Assembly: GCF_054482595.1 (NCBI RefSeq)
Contig: NZ_CM137008.1
Reading direction: 5' to 3' (one strand)
Length of the DNA: 64,000 bases
Every line of letters starts with the position of its first letter. Position 1 is the stretch's first letter. The translations under genes were made by a program, and so were the position numbers. Shown piece after piece: positions 11,813 to 22,806 of the stretch. The notes below the pieces were generated by a model. It searched no databases. It saw only the letters and a list, made by a program, of their open reading frames with translations, and had not been told where the DNA came from.

Positions 11813-12612
11813 AAGATTTCATCACCGAAGCATGGCTAAGAGCGAACCATACGCTCAGCGAAGGCGCAGAGATCCATCTCCCTGCGGACAGTCGCCTGAC
11901 GCCCTCTGCCCGGGAGTTGCTGGAAAGCCGCCATCTGCGCATCAAGTTTATTGACGAGCAGGGCCGCCTGTTTGTTGACGATGAACAGCAGCAGCCGCAG
12001 CCCGTTCATGGGCTGACCAGCAGCGATGAACATCCGCAGGCGTGCTGCGAACTGTGCCGCCAGCCGGTGGCAAAAAAGCCGGATACGCTGACTCACCTGT
12101 CGGCGGAAAAAATGGTCGCCAAAAGCGATCCGCGCCTGGGTTTTCGCGCGGTTCTCGACAGCACCATTGCGCTGGCAGTGTGGCTGCAAATTGAACTGGC
12201 GGAACCGTGGCAGCCGTGGCTTGCGGATATGCGTTCGCGTCTTGGCAACATTATGCGTGCCGATGCGCTGGGGGAACCGCTGGGCGATCAAGCGATTGTC
12301 GGGCTTTCTGACGAAGATCTGCATCGGCTTTCTCATCAGCCGCTGCGTTATCTTGGTCACGATCATCTGGTGCCGGAAGCCAGCCACGGGCGCGATGCGG
12401 CGTTGCTGAATCTGCTACGCACCAAAGTGCGGGAAACCGAAACCGTAGCGGCGCAGGTGTTTATCACTCGCAGCTTTGAAGTATTACGCCCGGATATCTT
12501 GCAGGCGCTGAACCGCCTTTCCAGCACGGTCTACGTGATGATGATCCTGAGCGTAACGAAGCCGCCGCTAACGGTGAAGCAGATCCAACAACGACTGGGG
12601 GAAACGCAATGA
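11809..12612 (+). CDS. eutT: EutT, ATP:cob(I)alamin adenosyltransferase
   Basis: 267 aa; ATGA overlap with the eutQ stop; conserved Cys cluster (CCELC). Confidence 0.9.
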   Translation: MKDFITEAWLRANHTLSEGAEIHLPADSRLTPSARELLESRHLRIKFIDEQGRLFVDDEQQQPQPVHGLTSSDEHPQACCELCRQPVAKKPDTLTHLSAEKMVAKSDPRLGFRAVLDSTIALAVWLQIELAEPWQPWLADMRSRLGNIMRADALGEPLGDQAIVGLSDEDLHRLSHQPLRYLGHDHLVPEASHGRDAALLNLLRTKVRETETVAAQVFITRSFEVLRPDILQALNRLSSTVYVMMILSVTKPPLTVKQIQQRLGETQ

Positions 12613-13625
12613 TTATTGAACGTTGTCGTGAACTGGCGTTGCGAGCGCCCGCCAGAGTGGTTTTTCCGGATGCGTTAGATCAACGTGTGCTGAAAGCGGC
12701 GCAATATTTACATCAACAAGGTCTGGCAACGCCCATTCTGGTCGCCAATCCGTTTGAACTTCGTCAGTTTGCGCTCAGTCATGGCGTAGCGATGGACGGG
12801 CTACAGGTGATTGATCCGCATGGCAACCTCGCAATGCGGGAAGAATTTGCTCAGCATTGGTTGGCCCGTGCGGGCGAAAAAACGCCGCCGGATGCGCTGG
12901 AAAAACTCACCGAACCGCTGATGTTCGCCGCCGCAATGGTCAGCGCCGGTAAAGCGGATGTCTGTATCGCGGGCAACCTCTCTTCCACGGCGAATGTGCT
13001 GCGTGCCGGATTACGCATTATTGGCTTGCAGCCTGGCTGTAAAACGCTCTCATCCATTTTCCTGATGCTGCCACAGTACAGCGGTCCGGCGTTGGGTTTT
13101 GCCGATTGCAGCGTGGTGCCACAGCCGACGGCGGCGCAGCTGGCGGATATCGCACTTGCCAGCGCTGAAACCTGGCGCGCCATCACCGGAGAAGAGCCGC
13201 GCGTGGCGATGTTGTCGTTTTCCAGCAACGGTAGCGCCCGTCACCCCTGCGTAGCCAACGTCCAGCAGGCGACAGAAATCGTCCGTGAGCGCGCGCCGCA
13301 GCTGGTAGTCGATGGCGAGTTGCAGTTTGACGCCGCCTTCGTGCCGGAAGTGGCGGCGCAAAAAGCGCCTGCCAGCCCGCTACAGGGCAAGGCCAATGTG
13401 ATGGTTTTTCCGTCGCTGGAAGCCGGAAATATTGGCTACAAAATCGCACAACGACTCGGCGGATATCGTGCCGTCGGGCCATTGATACAAGGACTTGCCG
13501 CGCCGATGCACGATCTCTCTCGTGGTTGTAGCGTGCAGGAAATTATCGAGCTGGCGCTGGTGGCAGCTGTGCCGCGTCAGACAGAAATGAACCGCGAAAG
13601 CAGTTTACAAACACTGGTTGAATGA
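12609..13625 (+). CDS. eutD: EutD, phosphotransacetylase
   Basis: 338 aa; ATGA overlap with eutT; Pta-family sequence. Confidence 0.92.
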   Translation: MIIERCRELALRAPARVVFPDALDQRVLKAAQYLHQQGLATPILVANPFELRQFALSHGVAMDGLQVIDPHGNLAMREEFAQHWLARAGEKTPPDALEKLTEPLMFAAAMVSAGKADVCIAGNLSSTANVLRAGLRIIGLQPGCKTLSSIFLMLPQYSGPALGFADCSVVPQPTAAQLADIALASAETWRAITGEEPRVAMLSFSSNGSARHPCVANVQQATEIVRERAPQLVVDGELQFDAAFVPEVAAQKAPASPLQGKANVMVFPSLEAGNIGYKIAQRLGGYRAVGPLIQGLAAPMHDLSRGCSVQEIIELALVAAVPRQTEMNRESSLQTLVE

Positions 13626-13663
13626 ACGGTCCCGTTCTGGACCCTGATAAAGAGGAAAGCACA

Positions 13664-13957
13664 ATGGAAGCATTAGGAATGATCGAAACCCGGGGCCTGG
13701 TTGCACTGATTGAGGCTTCTGACGCGATGGTGAAAGCTGCGCGCGTCAAGCTGGTTGGTGTTAAGCAGATTGGCGGCGGCCTGTGTACTGCCATGGTTCG
13801 TGGTGATGTTGCAGCCTGTAAAGCGGCGACCGATGCAGGTGCCGCAGCGGCACAGCGTATCGGCGAGCTGGTATCTGTACACGTTATCCCGCGTCCGCAC
13901 GGCGACCTGGAAGAAGTGTTCCCGATCGGCCTGAAAGGCGATAGCAGCAACCTGTAA
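13664..13957 (+). CDS. eutM: EutM, major BMC shell protein (hexamer)
   Basis: 97 aa from ATG 13664 ([28 protein letters not shown]...), canonical BMC domain; AGAGGAAAG RBS. Confidence 0.95.
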   Translation: MEALGMIETRGLVALIEASDAMVKAARVKLVGVKQIGGGLCTAMVRGDVAACKAATDAGAAAAQRIGELVSVHVIPRPHGDLEEVFPIGLKGDSSNL

Positions 13958-14063
13958 TCACCCTGTGTGACGTCGATTCGGGCGTCACGCTCTCTCATTT
14001 TTCATTTTACCTTCCGCGGAGGGTAGGGGGAGCTTTTACCTGAAATACGCCACGGAGGCGGGT

Positions 14064-14351
14064 ATGAAACTGGCAGTCGTCACTGGACAAATTGTTTGTA
14101 CCGTACGCCATCACGGACTGGCGCATGACAAATTGCTGATGGTGGAAATGATTGATCCACAAGGTAATCCTGACGGGCAATGTGCCGTCGCCATCGACAA
14201 TATTGGCGCGGGAACCGGGGAGTGGGTGTTGCTGGTGAGTGGCAGTTCCGCCCGCCAGGCGCATAAAAGCGAAACGTCACCGGTCGATCTGTGCGTGATT
14301 GGCATCGTCGATGAGGTGGTGTCTGGCGGTCAGGTAATTTTCCACAAATAA
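14064..14351 (+). CDS. eutN: EutN, BMC vertex (pentamer-type) shell protein
   Basis: 95 aa, MKLAVVTGQIVCTVRHHGL...; EutN/CcmL family. Confidence 0.92.
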   Translation: MKLAVVTGQIVCTVRHHGLAHDKLLMVEMIDPQGNPDGQCAVAIDNIGAGTGEWVLLVSGSSARQAHKSETSPVDLCVIGIVDEVVSGGQVIFHK

Positions 14352-14362
14352 GGCAGAACATC

Positions 14363-15766
14363 ATGAATCAACAGGATATTGAACAGGTGGTGAAAGCGGT
14401 ACTGCTGAAAATGCAAAGCAGTGACACGCCGCCCGCCGCCGTTCATGAGATGGGCGTTTTCGCGTCCCTGGATGACGCTGTTGCGGCAGCCAAAATTGCC
14501 CAGCAAGGGTTAAAGAGCGTGGCAATGCGCCAGTTAGCCATTGCTGCCATTCGTGAAGCAGGCGAAAAACACGCCAGAGATTTAGCGGAACTTGCCGTCA
14601 GTGAAACCGGCATGGGGCGCGTTGAAGATAAATTTGCAAAAAACGTCGCTCAGGCGCGCGGTACACCAGGCGTTGAGTGCCTCTCTCCGCAAGTGCTGAC
14701 TGGCGACAACGGCCTGACCCTAATTGAAAACGCACCCTGGGGCGTGGTGGCTTCGGTGACGCCTTCCACTAACCCGGCGGCAACCGTAATTAATAACGCC
14801 ATCAGCCTGATTGCCGCGGGCAACAGCGTCATTTTTGCCCCGCATCCGGCGGCGAAAAAAGTCTCCCAGCGGGCGATCACGCTGCTCAACCAGGCGATTG
14901 TTGCCGCAGGCGGGCCGGAAAACTTACTGGTTACTGTGGCAAATCCGGATATCGAAACCGCGCAACGCTTGTTCAAGTTTCCGGGTATCGGCCTGCTGGT
15001 GGTGACTGGCGGCGAAGCGGTAGTAGAAGCGGCGCGTAAACACACCAATAAACGTCTGATTGCCGCAGGCGCTGGCAACCCGCCGGTAGTGGTGGATGAA
15101 ACCGCTGACCTCGCCCGTGCTGCTCAGTCCATCGTCAAAGGCGCGTCTTTCGATAACAACATCATTTGTGCCGACGAAAAGGTACTGATTGTTGTTGATA
15201 GCGTAGCCGATGAACTGATGCGTCTGATGGAAGGCCAGCACGCGGTGAAACTGACCGCAGAACAGGCGCAGCAGCTGCAACCGGTGTTGCTGAAAAATAT
15301 CGACGAGCGCGGAAAAGGTACTGTCAGCCGTGACTGGGTAGGTCGCGATGCAGGCAAAATCGCGGCGGCAATCGGCCTTAAAGTTCCGCAAGAAACGCGC
15401 CTGCTGTTTGTGGAAACCACCGCAGAACATCCGTTTGCCGTGACTGAACTGATGATGCCGGTGTTGCCCGTCGTGCGCGTCGCCAACGTGGCGGATGCCA
15501 TTGCGCTGGCGGTGAAACTGGAAGGCGGTTGCCACCACACGGCGGCAATGCACTCGCGCAATATCGAGAACATGAACCAGATGGCGAATGCCATTGATAC
15601 CAGCATTTTCGTTAAGAACGGACCGTGCATTGCCGGGCTGGGGCTGGGCGGGGAAGGCTGGACCACCATGACCATCACCACGCCAACCGGTGAAGGGGTA
15701 ACCAGCGCGCGGACGTTTGTCCGTCTGCGTCGCTGTGTATTAGTCGATGCGTTTCGCATTGTTTAA
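14363..15766 (+). CDS. eutE: EutE, CoA-acylating acetaldehyde dehydrogenase
   Basis: 467 aa; aldehyde dehydrogenase family with N-terminal encapsulation-peptide-like region. Confidence 0.95.
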   Translation: MNQQDIEQVVKAVLLKMQSSDTPPAAVHEMGVFASLDDAVAAAKIAQQGLKSVAMRQLAIAAIREAGEKHARDLAELAVSETGMGRVEDKFAKNVAQARGTPGVECLSPQVLTGDNGLTLIENAPWGVVASVTPSTNPAATVINNAISLIAAGNSVIFAPHPAAKKVSQRAITLLNQAIVAAGGPENLLVTVANPDIETAQRLFKFPGIGLLVVTGGEAVVEAARKHTNKRLIAAGAGNPPVVVDETADLARAAQSIVKGASFDNNIICADEKVLIVVDSVADELMRLMEGQHAVKLTAEQAQQLQPVLLKNIDERGKGTVSRDWVGRDAGKIAAAIGLKVPQETRLLFVETTAEHPFAVTELMMPVLPVVRVANVADAIALAVKLEGGCHHTAAMHSRNIENMNQMANAIDTSIFVKNGPCIAGLGLGGEGWTTMTITTPTGEGVTSARTFVRLRRCVLVDAFRIV

Positions 15767-15776
15767 GGAGTAACAG

Positions 15777-16613
15777 ATGGCGCACGACGAACAATGGCTC
15801 ACCCCACGTCTGCAAACGGCGGCAACGCTGTGTAACCAGACGCCCGCCGCGACGGAATCTCCGCTGTGGCTGGGGGTGGATCTGGGCACCTGCGATGTGG
15901 TGTCGATGGTTGTCGACCGCGACGGTCAGCCGGTGGCGGTATGCCTCGACTGGGCCGATGTGGTTCGCGACGGCATCGTCTGGGATTTCTTCGGCGCGGT
16001 CACCATTGTTCGTCGCCATCTTGACACGCTCGAGCAGCAATTCGGTCGTCGTTTTAGCCATGCGGCGACTTCATTTCCTCCAGGTACGGACCCGCGTATT
16101 TCCATCAACGTGCTGGAATCTGCCGGGCTGGAAGTGAGCCATGTGCTGGATGAGCCAACCGCAGTCGCGGATCTGCTGCAACTGGATAACGCAGGCGTAG
16201 TGGATATCGGCGGTGGCACTACCGGCATTGCCATCGTGAAAAAGGGCAAAGTGACGTACTCGGCGGATGAAGCCACCGGCGGACATCACATCTCTCTGAC
16301 TCTCGCCGGAAATCGCCGTATTCCGCTGGAAGAGGCAGAGCAGTACAAGCGCGGTCACGGTGAAGAGATTTGGCCTGCGGTGAAACCGGTGTACGAAAAA
16401 ATGGCGGACATTGTCGCCCGGCATATTGAAGGGCAGGGCATTACTGATTTATGGCTGGCGGGCGGCTCCTGTATGCAACCGGGCGTGGCAGAACTGTTTC
16501 GCAAACAATTCCCGGCGTTACAGGTGCATTTACCGCAGCACAGTTTGTTTATGACCCCGCTGGCGATCGCCAGTAGTGGGCGAGAGAAAGCGGAGGGGCT
16601 ATATGCAAAATGA
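15777..16613 (+). CDS. eutJ: EutJ, DnaK/actin-fold chaperone-like protein
   Basis: 278 aa; ATPase-fold motifs (LGVDLGTCDV, DIGGGTTGIA). Confidence 0.9.
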   Translation: MAHDEQWLTPRLQTAATLCNQTPAATESPLWLGVDLGTCDVVSMVVDRDGQPVAVCLDWADVVRDGIVWDFFGAVTIVRRHLDTLEQQFGRRFSHAATSFPPGTDPRISINVLESAGLEVSHVLDEPTAVADLLQLDNAGVVDIGGGTTGIAIVKKGKVTYSADEATGGHHISLTLAGNRRIPLEEAEQYKRGHGEEIWPAVKPVYEKMADIVARHIEGQGITDLWLAGGSCMQPGVAELFRKQFPALQVHLPQHSLFMTPLAIASSGREKAEGLYAK

Positions 16614-17790
16614 ATTGCAGACCGCGCTCTTTCAGGCGTTCGATACCCTGAATCTGCAACGGGTAAAAACATTTAGCGTTCCACCGGTGACGCTTTGCGG
16701 TCCGGGCTCGGTGAGCAGTTGCGGACAGCAAGCGCAAACGCGTGGGCTGAAACATCTGTTCGTGATGGCAGACAGCTTTTTGCATCAGGCAGGGATGACC
16801 GCCGGGCTGACGCGTAGCCTGGCCGTTAAAGGTATCGCCATGACGCTCTGGCCATGTCCGGTGGGCGAACCGTGCATTACCGACGTGTGTGCAGCCGTGG
16901 CGCAGTTGCGTGAGTCAGGTTGTGACGGGGTGATCGCATTTGGCGGCGGCTCGGTGCTGGATGCGGCGAAAGCCGTGGCGTTGCTGGTGACGAACCCGGA
17001 TAGCACGCTGGCAGAGATGTCAGAAACCAGCGTTCTGCAACCGCGCTTGCCGCTGATTGCCATTCCAACTACCGCCGGAACCGGCTCTGAAACCACCAAT
17101 GTAACGGTGATTATCGACGCGGTGAGCGGGCGCAAGCAGGTGTTAGCCCATGCCTCGCTGATGCCGGATGTGGCGATCCTCGACGCCGCATTGACCGAAG
17201 GTGTGCCGTCGCATGTCACGGCGATGACCGGCATTGATGCGTTAACCCATGCCATTGAAGCATACAGCGCCCTGAACGCTACACCGTTTACCGACAGTCT
17301 GGCGATTGGTGCCATTGCGATGATTGGCAAATCGCTGCCGAAAGCGGTGGGCTACGGTCACGACCTTGCCGCGCGCGAGAGCATGTTGCTGGCTTCATGT
17401 ATGGCGGGAATGGCGTTTTCCAGTGCGGGTCTTGGGTTGTGCCACGCGATGGCGCATCAGCCGGGCGCGGCGCTGCATATTCCGCACGGTCTGGCGAACG
17501 CTATGTTGCTGCCAACGGTGATGGAGTTTAACCGGATGGTATGTCGCGAACGCTTTAGTCAGATTGGTCGGGCACTGCGAACTAAAAAATCCGACGATCG
17601 TGACGCTATTAACGCGGTAAGTGAGCTGATTGCGGAAGTTGGGATTGGTAAACGACTGGGCGATGTTGGCGCGACATCTGCGCATTACGGTGCATGGGCG
17701 CAGGCCGCGCAGGAAGATATTTGTCTGCGCAGCAACCCGCGTACCGCCAGCCTGGAACAGATTGTCGGCCTGTACGCGGCGGCGCAATAA
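16603..17790 (+). CDS. eutG: EutG, iron-containing alcohol dehydrogenase
   Basis: 395 aa from ATG 16603 (MQNELQTALF...); overlaps the eutJ 3' end by 11 nt. Confidence 0.9.
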   Translation: MQNELQTALFQAFDTLNLQRVKTFSVPPVTLCGPGSVSSCGQQAQTRGLKHLFVMADSFLHQAGMTAGLTRSLAVKGIAMTLWPCPVGEPCITDVCAAVAQLRESGCDGVIAFGGGSVLDAAKAVALLVTNPDSTLAEMSETSVLQPRLPLIAIPTTAGTGSETTNVTVIIDAVSGRKQVLAHASLMPDVAILDAALTEGVPSHVTAMTGIDALTHAIEAYSALNATPFTDSLAIGAIAMIGKSLPKAVGYGHDLAARESMLLASCMAGMAFSSAGLGLCHAMAHQPGAALHIPHGLANAMLLPTVMEFNRMVCRERFSQIGRALRTKKSDDRDAINAVSELIAEVGIGKRLGDVGATSAHYGAWAQAAQEDICLRSNPRTASLEQIVGLYAAAQ

Positions 17791-17792
17791 AT

Positions 17793-17857
17793 GCCGCGTC
17801 TTATCCGGTCTGTGGGATTGCACATGTAGTGCGGATAAGGCTTCACGCAGCATCCGC
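17793..17857. repeat. Degenerate REP element(s) in the eutG-eutH intergenic spacer, inside the operon
   Basis: gtagtgcggataaggcttcacgcagcatccgc resembles the REP consensus gtaggccggataaggcgttcacgccgcatccggc; a second partial copy lies upstream. Confidence 0.5.
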
Positions 17858-17889
17858 TAATAAATAACAACTAACAGGGAGTAAAGGCG

Positions 17890-19116
17890 ATGGGAATTAA
17901 CGAAATCATCATGTACATCATGATGTTCTTTATGCTGATAGCTGCCGTAGACAGGATCCTGTCACAGTTCGGCGGTTCTGCTCGTTTCCTCGGTAAGTTC
18001 GGTAAAAGTATCGAAGGATCAGGCGGTCAGTTCGAAGAAGGCTTTATGGCAATGGGCGCTCTGGGTCTGGCGATGGTCGGTATGACCGCGCTGGCACCGG
18101 TACTGGCTCACGTACTCGGGCCGGTAATTATCCCGGTTTACGAAATGCTCGGCGCAAACCCGTCAATGTTCGCCGGAACGCTGCTGGCGTGCGATATGGG
18201 CGGCTTCTTCCTCGCCAAAGAGCTGGCGGGCGGCGACGTAGCAGCGTGGCTATACTCTGGGTTAATTCTCGGGTCGATGATGGGGCCAACGATTGTGTTT
18301 TCCATTCCGGTGGCGCTCGGCATTATCGAACCTTCTGACCGTCGTTATCTGGCGCTCGGCGTGCTGGCGGGCATTGTGACCATTCCGATTGGTTGTATCG
18401 CTGGTGGTCTGGTAGCTATGTACTCCGGTGTTCAGATCAACGGCCAGCCGGTGGAATTCACTTTCGCCCTGATCCTGATGAACATGATCCCGGTGATCAT
18501 TGTTGCGATTCTGGTGGCGCTGGGGCTGAAATTCATCCCGGAAAAAATGATCAACGGCTTCCAGATCTTCGCCAAATTCCTCGTTGCATTGATCACCCTC
18601 GGTCTTGCCGCTGCGGTAGTGAAATTCCTGCTTGGCTGGGAACTGATCCCCGGTCTGGATCCTATCTTTATGGCCCCTGGCGATAAACCCGGTGAGGTGA
18701 TGCGCGCCATTGAAGTTATCGGTTCTATCTCCTGCGTTCTGTTAGGGGCGTATCCGATGGTGCTGCTGCTGACCCGCTGGTTTGAAAAACCGCTGATGAG
18801 CGTCGGTAAGGTACTGAATATGAACAACATCGCGGCAGCCGGCATGGTGGCAACGCTTGCCAACAACATTCCGATGTTCGGCATGATGAAGCAGATGGAT
18901 ACCCGCGGCAAAGTGATCAACTGCGCCTTCGCCGTTTCCGCGGCTTTCGCCCTGGGCGACCACTTAGGCTTCGCCGCTGCCAACATGAACGCCATGATCT
19001 TCCCGATGATTGTCGGCAAATTGATCGGCGGCGTAACGGCGATTGGCGTGGCGATGATGCTGGTGCCAAAAGAAGACGCGACCACGGCTAAAACCGAAGC
19101 GGAGGCGCAATCGTGA
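17890..19116 (+). CDS. eutH: EutH, ethanolamine permease (multi-pass membrane protein)
   Basis: 408 aa, highly hydrophobic. Confidence 0.92.
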   Translation: MGINEIIMYIMMFFMLIAAVDRILSQFGGSARFLGKFGKSIEGSGGQFEEGFMAMGALGLAMVGMTALAPVLAHVLGPVIIPVYEMLGANPSMFAGTLLACDMGGFFLAKELAGGDVAAWLYSGLILGSMMGPTIVFSIPVALGIIEPSDRRYLALGVLAGIVTIPIGCIAGGLVAMYSGVQINGQPVEFTFALILMNMIPVIIVAILVALGLKFIPEKMINGFQIFAKFLVALITLGLAAAVVKFLLGWELIPGLDPIFMAPGDKPGEVMRAIEVIGSISCVLLGAYPMVLLLTRWFEKPLMSVGKVLNMNNIAAAGMVATLANNIPMFGMMKQMDTRGKVINCAFAVSAAFALGDHLGFAAANMNAMIFPMIVGKLIGGVTAIGVAMMLVPKEDATTAKTEAEAQS

Positions 19117-20516
19117 ACACTCGCCAGCTATTGAGCGTCGGTATCGATATCGGCACCACCACCACCCAGGTGATTTTCTCCCACCTGGAGCTGGTTAACC
19201 GTGCGGCGGTGTCGCAGGTGCCGCGCTACGAATTCATTAAACGCGAAATTAGCTGGCAAAGTCCGGTGTTCTTTACCCCTGTCGATAAACAGGGCGGTTT
19301 AAAAGAAGCGGAACTGAAAACCTTAATACTCGAGCAATATCAGGCTGCGGGTATTGAGCCGGAAAGCGTTGATTCTGGTGCCATCATCATCACCGGTGAA
19401 AGCGCGAAAACCCGCAATGCTCGCCCGGCGGTGATGGCGCTCTCTCAGTCGCTGGGCGATTTTGTCGTTGCCAGCGCCGGGCCGCACCTCGAATCCGTGA
19501 TCGCCGGTCACGGAGCCGGGGCACAAACCCTTTCTGAACAACGGCTGTGTCGGGTACTGAATATCGACATCGGCGGTGGCACCGCGAACTACGCCCTGTT
19601 CGATGCCGGAAAAATCAGCGGCACCGCCTGCCTCAACGTCGGTGGTCGCCTGCTGGAAACCGACAGCCAGGGGCGCGTGGTTTACGCTCATAAACCGGGG
19701 CAGATGATTGTGGATGAGTGCTTCGGTGCAGGCACTGACGTCCGTTCGCTGACCGGCGCGCAGCTGGTGCAGGTTACCCGGCGGATGGCAGAACTGATTG
19801 TCGAAGTGATTGACGGAACGCTCTCACCGCTCGCGCAGGCATTGATGCAAACCGGTTTGCTGCCCGCAGGTGTTACGCCCGAAATCATTACGCTTTCTGG
19901 CGGCGTGGGCGAATGTTATCGCCACCAGCCCGCCGACCCGTTCTGTTTTGCCGATATTGGCCCGCTGCTGGCAACGGCGCTGCATGACCATCCGCGCCTG
20001 CGTGAGATGAACGTACAGTTTCCGGCGCAAACCGTGCGCGCCACGGTGATTGGCGCGGGCGCGCATACCCTTTCGCTCTCTGGCAGCACAATCTGGCTTG
20101 AGGGCGTACAACTGCCGCTGCGCAATTTGCCGGTGGCGATCCCGATTGATGAAACGGATCTGGTGGGTGCCTGGCAACAGGCGCTGATTCAGCTGGATCT
20201 TGATCCCAAAACTGACGCGTACGTGCTGGCGCTTCCCGCCTCGCTGCCTGTGCGTTACGCCGCGGTACTGACGGTCATCAACGCGTTGGTCGATTTCGTC
20301 GCGCGTTTTCCGAATCCGCATCCCCTGCTGGTGGTGGCCGGGCAGGACTTTGGTAAAGCTCTGGGCATGTTGTTGCGCCCACAGCTACAACAACTCCCGT
20401 TGGCAGTCATTGACGAAGTGATTGTCCGCGCGGGGGACTATATCGACATTGGTACGCCTCTTTTTGGCGGATCGGTTGTGCCGGTGACGGTGAAATCACT
20501 CGCATTTCCTTCCTGA
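19113..20516 (+). CDS. eutA: EutA, reactivating factor for ethanolamine ammonia-lyase
   Basis: 467 aa; GTG start overlapping the eutH stop (GTGA). Confidence 0.9.
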   Translation: MNTRQLLSVGIDIGTTTTQVIFSHLELVNRAAVSQVPRYEFIKREISWQSPVFFTPVDKQGGLKEAELKTLILEQYQAAGIEPESVDSGAIIITGESAKTRNARPAVMALSQSLGDFVVASAGPHLESVIAGHGAGAQTLSEQRLCRVLNIDIGGGTANYALFDAGKISGTACLNVGGRLLETDSQGRVVYAHKPGQMIVDECFGAGTDVRSLTGAQLVQVTRRMAELIVEVIDGTLSPLAQALMQTGLLPAGVTPEIITLSGGVGECYRHQPADPFCFADIGPLLATALHDHPRLREMNVQFPAQTVRATVIGAGAHTLSLSGSTIWLEGVQLPLRNLPVAIPIDETDLVGAWQQALIQLDLDPKTDAYVLALPASLPVRYAAVLTVINALVDFVARFPNPHPLLVVAGQDFGKALGMLLRPQLQQLPLAVIDEVIVRAGDYIDIGTPLFGGSVVPVTVKSLAFPS

Positions 20517-20527
20517 GGGAACGACTT

Positions 20528-21889
20528 ATGAAACTAAAGACCACATTGTTCGGCAATGTATATCAGTTTAAGGATGTAAAAGAGGTGCTGGCTAAAGCCA
20601 ACGAACTGCGTTCGGGGGATGTGCTGGCGGGCGTCGCAGCGGCAAGCTCACAGGAGCGCGTGGCGGCAAAGCAGGTGTTGTCGGAAATGACCGTAGCGGA
20701 CATCCGCAATAATCCGGTGATTGCCTATGAAGATGACTGCGTGACGCGGCTGATTCAGGACGATGTTAACGAAACGGCCTACAACCAGATTAAAAACTGG
20801 AGCATCAGCGAACTGCGTGAGTATGTGCTGAGCGATGAAACCAGCGTGGACGACATTGCCTTTACCCGCAAAGGGCTGACCTCGGAAGTGGTCGCGGCGG
20901 TAGCGAAGATTTGCTCCAACGCGGACCTGATCTACGGCGCGAAGAAAATGCCGGTAATCAAAAAGGCCAATACCACCATCGGTATTCCGGGCACCTTCAG
21001 CGCCCGTTTGCAGCCAAATGACACCCGTGACGACGTGCAAAGTATCGCCGCGCAAATCTACGAAGGGCTTTCCTTCGGGGTGGGCGATGCGGTGATCGGC
21101 GTCAACCCGGTAACTGACGACGTGGAAAACTTAAGCCGCGTGCTGGACACCATCTATGGCGTGATCGACAAATTCAACATCCCAACTCAGGGCTGCGTAC
21201 TGGCGCACGTCACCACCCAGATCGAAGCGATTCGTCGTGGCGCACCAGGCGGGCTGATTTTCCAGAGTATCTGTGGCAGTGAAAAAGGGCTGAAAGAGTT
21301 TGGCGTGGAACTGGCGATGCTCGACGAAGCGCGCGCAGTGGGTGCAGAGTTCAACCGTATCGCCGGGGAAAACTGCCTCTACTTCGAAACCGGACAAGGC
21401 TCTGCGCTGTCGGCGGGTGCCAACTACGGCGCAGACCAGGTGACCATGGAAGCGCGTAACTACGGGCTGGCGCGTCATTACGATCCGTTTATCGTCAACA
21501 CCGTGGTCGGCTTTATTGGGCCGGAGTATCTCTACAATGACCGCCAGATTATTCGTGCGGGCTTAGAAGATCACTTTATGGGTAAGCTGAGCGGCATCTC
21601 TATGGGCTGTGACTGCTGCTACACCAACCACGCTGACGCTGACCAGAACCTCAACGAAAACCTGATGATCCTGCTCGCCACCGCAGGCTGCAACTACATC
21701 ATGGGGATGCCGCTGGGCGATGACATCATGCTCAACTACCAGACCACGGCCTTCCACGACACCGCCACTGTGCGTCAGTTACTCAACCTGCGCCCGTCAC
21801 CGGAGTTTGAACGCTGGCTGGAAAGTATGGGCATTATGGCAAACGGTCGCCTGACCAAACGGGCGGGCGATCCGTCACTGTTCTTCTGA
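20528..21889 (+). CDS. eutB: EutB, ethanolamine ammonia-lyase large subunit
   Basis: 453 aa; starts 11 bp after the eutA stop. Confidence 0.95.
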   Translation: MKLKTTLFGNVYQFKDVKEVLAKANELRSGDVLAGVAAASSQERVAAKQVLSEMTVADIRNNPVIAYEDDCVTRLIQDDVNETAYNQIKNWSISELREYVLSDETSVDDIAFTRKGLTSEVVAAVAKICSNADLIYGAKKMPVIKKANTTIGIPGTFSARLQPNDTRDDVQSIAAQIYEGLSFGVGDAVIGVNPVTDDVENLSRVLDTIYGVIDKFNIPTQGCVLAHVTTQIEAIRRGAPGGLIFQSICGSEKGLKEFGVELAMLDEARAVGAEFNRIAGENCLYFETGQGSALSAGANYGADQVTMEARNYGLARHYDPFIVNTVVGFIGPEYLYNDRQIIRAGLEDHFMGKLSGISMGCDCCYTNHADADQNLNENLMILLATAGCNYIMGMPLGDDIMLNYQTTAFHDTATVRQLLNLRPSPEFERWLESMGIMANGRLTKRAGDPSLFF

Positions 21890-21909
21890 TGACGCGGAGA
21901 TAACACATC

Positions 21910-22797
21910 ATGGATCAAAAACAGATTGAAGAAATTGTACGCAGCGTGATGGCGTCAATGGGACAAACGGCCCCCGCGCCGTCAGAAGCAAAGTGCGCCA
22001 CTACCACCTGTGCGGCACCGGTGACCTCGGAAAGCTGCGCGCTGGATTTAGGTTCCGCTGAAGCAAAAGCGTGGATTGGTGTTGAAAACCCACATCGTGC
22101 GGATGTGTTAACAGAACTGCGTCGCAGCACCGTGGCCCGCGTTTGTACCGGTCGTGCCGGTCCGCGTCCGCGTACCCAGGCGTTGCTGCGTTTCCTGGCC
22201 GATCACTCTCGTTCGAAAGATACCGTACTTAAAGAAGTGCCGGAAGAGTGGGTGAAAGCGCAGGGCTTGCTGGAAGTACGCTCCGAAATTAGCGACAAAA
22301 ATCTCTACCTGACTCGCCCGGATATGGGCCGCCGCCTGTGTGCAGAAGCTGTTGAAGCGCTGAAAGCACAGTGTGTTGCTAATCCGGACGTACAGGTCGT
22401 TATTTCTGATGGCCTGTCAACTGATGCCATCACTGTGAACTACGAAGAGATCCTGCCGCCGCTGATGGCGGGCCTGAAACAGGCCGGGCTGAAAGTCGGC
22501 ACGCCATTCTTTGTTCGTTATGGTCGCGTGAAGATTGAAGATCAGATCGGTGAGATCCTCGGCGCGAAAGTGGTGATCCTGCTGGTGGGGGAACGTCCGG
22601 GGTTAGGGCAGTCAGAAAGCCTCTCCTGCTACGCCGTTTACTCGCCGCGTATGGCGACCACCGTTGAGGCCGATCGCACCTGCATCTCTAACATTCACCA
22701 GGGCGGCACGCCGCCGGTTGAAGCCGCAGCCGTCATTGTGGATTTGGCGAAACGTATGCTGGAGCAGAAAGCATCCGGCATCAACATGACCCGATAA
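21910..22797 (+). CDS. eutC: EutC, ethanolamine ammonia-lyase small subunit
   Basis: 295 aa; N-terminal [17 protein letters not shown] is an encapsulation-peptide-like helix. Confidence 0.95.
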   Translation: MDQKQIEEIVRSVMASMGQTAPAPSEAKCATTTCAAPVTSESCALDLGSAEAKAWIGVENPHRADVLTELRRSTVARVCTGRAGPRPRTQALLRFLADHSRSKDTVLKEVPEEWVKAQGLLEVRSEISDKNLYLTRPDMGRRLCAEAVEALKAQCVANPDVQVVISDGLSTDAITVNYEEILPPLMAGLKQAGLKVGTPFFVRYGRVKIEDQIGEILGAKVVILLVGERPGLGQSESLSCYAVYSPRMATTVEADRTCISNIHQGGTPPVEAAAVIVDLAKRMLEQKASGINMTR

Positions 22798-22806
22798 GGA
22801 GGCATC

